Translations under genes and position numbers: made by a program
Source: a virus
Lineage: Duplodnaviria; Caudoviricetes
Length of the DNA stretch: 60,237 bases
Strand: one strand, 5' to 3'
IMG/VR virus record: IMGVR_UViG_3300025571_000003
Coordinates: 1 to 60,237 of that record
Notes under the pieces: generated by a model
Seen by the model: the letters and a program-made list of their open reading frames with translations, nothing else
The model's database searches: none
Told to the model about the DNA's origin: nothing
In this document: positions 57,186-60,237 of the stretch, piece after piece
Position numbering within the stretch: position 1 is the first letter of the stretch
How the letters are laid out: every line of letters begins with the position of its first letter

Positions 57186-57548
57186 CTATGCGGAAAGTAA
57201 TATACTAGTAACCGATCCTGTACGATTCTGCTTTGAGTGGTTGGATAGGCTTCCTCTTGGTGCAACTACGGCGCTAATAAACGTGAAATTTCCCTCGAAC
57301 GTAAGACCGACACAGCACTCTTTCGGAGAATCCGGTTTTATCGGGAAGTGGAAAGGATCAATCACATCGAACCAGTCGTGTTCGGCCGGTTCGAGTACTA
57401 GCGTTCCTTGAATGCGTATGATCCCAGAAAAGGATGCTGTCCGCACCGAGACTGCAAATAGATGGCGACCCGTCACCATTACGGGATCGGTGCGGAGGAA
57501 TTCGGCTGTCGAGCCTTTGGAAAGAAGGTTTACGGGAAACCCGGCCAT
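57186..57548 (-). CDS. hypothetical late protein
   Basis: F.G.I.IQGTL..EP...DWF.. GNF motif. TAAATA at 57554. Confidence 0.7.
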   Translation of the reverse strand: MAGFPVNLLSKGSTAEFLRTDPVMVTGRHLFAVSVRTASFSGIIRIQGTLVLEPAEHDWFDVIDPFHFPIKPDSPKECCVGLTFEGNFTFISAVVAPRGSLSNHSKQNRTGSVTSILLSA

Positions 57549-57607
57549 GAAATTATTTATCCGACCGGGCAGTGTGCTATAAGGTCGATTTTCGAGGAGC
57601 TATACTG

Positions 57608-58165
57608 ATGATCGAAATTGACATTTCAGACAGAGGACATCTTTTCCCTGTCCGGTTCGTCAGACGGATAGCGCAACGATTTCAATTCGGGGATGAAAAA
57701 AGAGGGCCGTGGATTGCCGGTGGCATAGCCCGAGACATCTATCTAAACGCGAACACGATCCGGGGTGACATCGATATTTTCGTCACGAACCCCGATGATA
57801 TGGATCGTCTGGAAGAAGTTCTCGGCAATCCGTTCCGCACGAATACGGAAACAAAGCGCTTGTTCTACGATGACGGCCAGATTATCCAGGTCACTCATTT
57901 CGCAGGTGTGGTCGATCTGGAGGGCCTTTTCCGGTCGTTCGACTTCAACGTCGCGAAGGTAGAGACCGACGGATACAGGCTGAGGATGCATCCACGGGCC
58001 AAGGAGTCCCTGGACCAGTTACGCCTCGATATTGAATATGACGAGTGTGCGAAACTTCCGAGTCTATACCGTGTTATGAAGTATTTGCGCTACGGTTTCA
58101 ATCCAGAGCCGGGTCTCATTGACAGGATTGTTGAAGTCATTGACGAAGAGAATGACGATTATTGA
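57608..58165 (+). CDS. nucleotidyltransferase, CCA-adding/poly(A) polymerase head-like
   Basis: GAGGAG RBS. WIAGG..RD, DIDIF, FDF.V, R..KY..YGF motifs. Confidence 0.75.
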   Translation: MIEIDISDRGHLFPVRFVRRIAQRFQFGDEKRGPWIAGGIARDIYLNANTIRGDIDIFVTNPDDMDRLEEVLGNPFRTNTETKRLFYDDGQIIQVTHFAGVVDLEGLFRSFDFNVAKVETDGYRLRMHPRAKESLDQLRLDIEYDECAKLPSLYRVMKYLRYGFNPEPGLIDRIVEVIDEENDDY

Positions 58166-58631
58166 AAATCTGGTTTCGCTGCGGCTTGCTGGTAAAATCG
58201 ATCCCAGACCGAATGCTCTTGCGTTCAAATATGGGGACACCGTCGAGATTGTTGTCTCCATTGAAGGTAAGCTGTTCCTGAGGCGCGACGCCCTGTATGC
58301 GGGTTTGCAGTCATCCTTTTACCCTAAGGAGCCCTGCGACGCGGGCGTAAGACATCGGGTCATTCGCCTGAACTCAGCAAAAGAATTCGTCGGGGATGCG
58401 CCGCTCAACATAAGCGCATTGAAATTCAATGACGTATTACTCACAGGCGAAAATATGCGCGATGACAGGAGTCTCTTCACAGAATGGTACAGTAGTATTG
58501 AGAAGAGCTGCATGGAAAGCCTGAAGGACCCGATCATAACGCACGATGTAATGAGACTTCATCGGCTCTCATTGGAAAATATTACTGCGTTACCAGCCGC
58601 CTTGAGCGCCGTTCTGTGGCCGTATTCATAA
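58152..58631 (+). CDS. hypothetical protein
   Basis: Overlaps the upstream stop region in the same operon. Confidence 0.55.
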   Translation: MTIIENLVSLRLAGKIDPRPNALAFKYGDTVEIVVSIEGKLFLRRDALYAGLQSSFYPKEPCDAGVRHRVIRLNSAKEFVGDAPLNISALKFNDVLLTGENMRDDRSLFTEWYSSIEKSCMESLKDPIITHDVMRLHRLSLENITALPAALSAVLWPYS

Positions 58632-58662
58632 ATAACGCGGGATATATTTCGGAGAGAGCCAC

Positions 58663-58839
58663 ATGGCCAAGATTGTGGAAGAGACGTTCATCGTGACGGT
58701 TTCCGTGCTTCGACCTGACCATGCGGAGGATGCCCGTGTCGTCAGTGACGAATTCCCGGCCATTCTGGAGAGTCTCGCCCAGGAGGTCGTCAAGGACCAG
58801 GGCGGTGGCGTCCTCGTCGAGGTAGTTCGCGCGAACTGA
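58663..58839 (+). CDS. small late protein (58 aa, below the ORF-track cutoff)
   Basis: TAAATA 58629, GGAGA RBS, MAKIVEETFIVTVS...LESLAQEVV...GVLVEVVRAN, then a terminator. Confidence 0.75.
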   Translation: MAKIVEETFIVTVSVLRPDHAEDARVVSDEFPAILESLAQEVVKDQGGGVLVEVVRAN

Positions 58840-58858
58840 CCGGAAGACGAAAGACATG

Positions 58859-58885
58859 AAAAAAGGCGCCGAGAGGCGCCTTTCT
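58859..58885. terminator. bidirectional terminator
   Basis: AAAAGGCGCC-GAGA-GGCGCCTTT between convergent genes. Confidence 0.75.
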
Positions 58886-59260
58886 TCATGCCGTGGTTTG
58901 TGCCTTGGGCTGCACCCGTTTTGGTCTGCGACCGCGCTTCGGAGGAGGGGTAATTGTCTCCCCGGTCGGGGAAATCTGATGTGTCTGGGCGAAGCGCTCG
59001 GGGGTCATGCCGTCTATGCGGTAGATCATCGTTCCCTTGATGGTGCGAATACGACCGTCATAGGAATCGGCGCACTTCATAATGTAATCTCCGGTCTTCG
59101 AGCGGAGGATGTCGATGACAATGAGAGTGCCATGCGCCCGCACGAGCGGATTTCCCGCCATATCATCCGCCCGGTAGAAAGCGTCGATCTCCGTTCGGTG
59201 TTTGATGCAACCGCGTCGAACAAGAGCATCAAGCAGCTTTGGATTGATAAGACAATTCAT
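58886..59260 (-). CDS. hypothetical protein
   Basis: IDGM.P.RFA motif, basic tail KRGRRPK. Confidence 0.65.
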   Translation of the reverse strand: MNCLINPKLLDALVRRGCIKHRTEIDAFYRADDMAGNPLVRAHGTLIVIDILRSKTGDYIMKCADSYDGRIRTIKGTMIYRIDGMTPERFAQTHQISPTGETITPPPKRGRRPKRVQPKAQTTA

Positions 59261-59819
59261 TCCGAAGTATCCGCTGTTGAATATGGTTCTTGAAATGGCC
59301 AAAAGTGAAAAGAAATACGTCAAGAGCCAAGTAGTTAACAAGATACAGACGGCGCGGAGTTGAATAAACGAAACGGAAGTCATCCTCCGGCGTCAGTTGA
59401 ATGGACAGGACTTCCTGTGCTTCCGCTAGCTCGTCGTCCGAGACACTTCCTCGAATGACAACACAGTAACGGTACTTGTTCCAGAACAAGTAAGGCGCAA
59501 ACTCCGTCTTCTCGATCCCGCCGGGTTTGAGGAGTTCCATCTCCTCCTCCGTGGCTGGCCCAACCACTTCCGTAATTGCCTCGGGGAAGTCGGTGACAAG
59601 ACTGGCCACGGCGCTTGCATCGGATAGGTAGATGTAGGTACAGAATTTCCCTTTCCGAAGCATGATTTCGCCTGGAAGAGTTTCTAGTTTCTCTTCGAGG
59701 GTCTCTCTCCATGAGGATGCGGTGAAGAGTATCCGGAAAAAGTATTTCTTAAAATATACAGATTGAATGGGGCGAAATGTCACTTGATGCTTGTGCACCA
59801 GTCTTCTCAAATCAACCAC
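59229..59819 (-). CDS. hypothetical protein
   Basis: Two internal repeats (Y/L)F.KY.(F/Y). Confidence 0.65.
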   Translation of the reverse strand: MVDLRRLVHKHQVTFRPIQSVYFKKYFFRILFTASSWRETLEEKLETLPGEIMLRKGKFCTYIYLSDASAVASLVTDFPEAITEVVGPATEEEMELLKPGGIEKTEFAPYLFWNKYRYCVVIRGSVSDDELAEAQEVLSIQLTPEDDFRFVYSTPRRLYLVNYLALDVFLFTFGHFKNHIQQRILRNELSYQSKAA

Positions 59820-60193
59820 TTTTGAAATCCATTCTCATGAACCTGAATATTTTCGTAATGCTCTGGACGCAGCCAACCGAGGAACACGGTGCCGTGTGGA
59901 AGTTGCGTGACGATGAGAACGCGACCGTGCAAATCGCCAATGACGACTCCACAGAGGTCATCGCTCGGGATTTCAAATCCGGATGGATGCCTCACGTAGC
60001 CGTGTGTGAAGCGTATCCATTTCCCTATCATCGGGCCATCACCGAGTGGCCCATAGAGAAACGGATCAGGCGAAAGAACACGCTCGTCGTAGAACAGTTG
60101 TGATTGCGGTTGTACTTCCGCCCTGGCGTACGCATTCTGAATAAGTTCTCTCGCATACTGCGCGTACTGCGCCGAATTTTCAACTTCGTACAT
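59807..60193 (-). CDS. hypothetical protein
   Basis: 128-aa ORF overlapping the next gene. Confidence 0.55.
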   Translation of the reverse strand: MYEVENSAQYAQYARELIQNAYARAEVQPQSQLFYDERVLSPDPFLYGPLGDGPMIGKWIRFTHGYVRHPSGFEIPSDDLCGVVIGDLHGRVLIVTQLPHGTVFLGWLRPEHYENIQVHENGFQKWLI

Positions 60194-60237
60194 GAATGAA
60201 TTATTTGATAATGAGCATCGTGGGCGTGGATTATACC

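Noticed and set aside
1-60237. CRISPR array, DGR, retron or integrase
   Set aside because: No regularly spaced repeats, reverse transcriptase, cas or recombinase motifs were seen by eye.

Overview
A 60-kb segment of a large, GC-rich, T4-superfamily (jumbo-type) myophage genome. The host is probably alphaproteobacterial (Hyphomicrobiales), inferred from a phage-borne Omp25/RopB-type porin. The window holds a head module (portal, acidic core protein, prohead protease, scaffold, major capsid), a tape-measure-like gene with a divergent gp26-like gene, and replication genes (PolB, sliding clamp, clamp loader, 5'-3' exonuclease, ligase, partial Holliday junction resolvase). It also has nucleotide and RNA-metabolism genes, two tRNA-Thr genes and a long fibre/whisker cluster. 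The most notable signals are: (1) a roughly 960-nt ORF-free, GNRA-tetraloop-rich RNA with its own sigma70 promoter (GOLLD-like); (2) a textbook -1 frameshift signal fusing the gp26-like gene to a startless downstream ORF; (3) a TnpB-like protein that lacks RuvC; (4) a standalone two-hairpin small RNA with an anti-Shine-Dalgarno loop; (5) a second structured intergenic RNA candidate; (6) a palindromic box shared by the porin and giant-RNA promoters. All family calls come from motif recognition by eye. No database searches were run.
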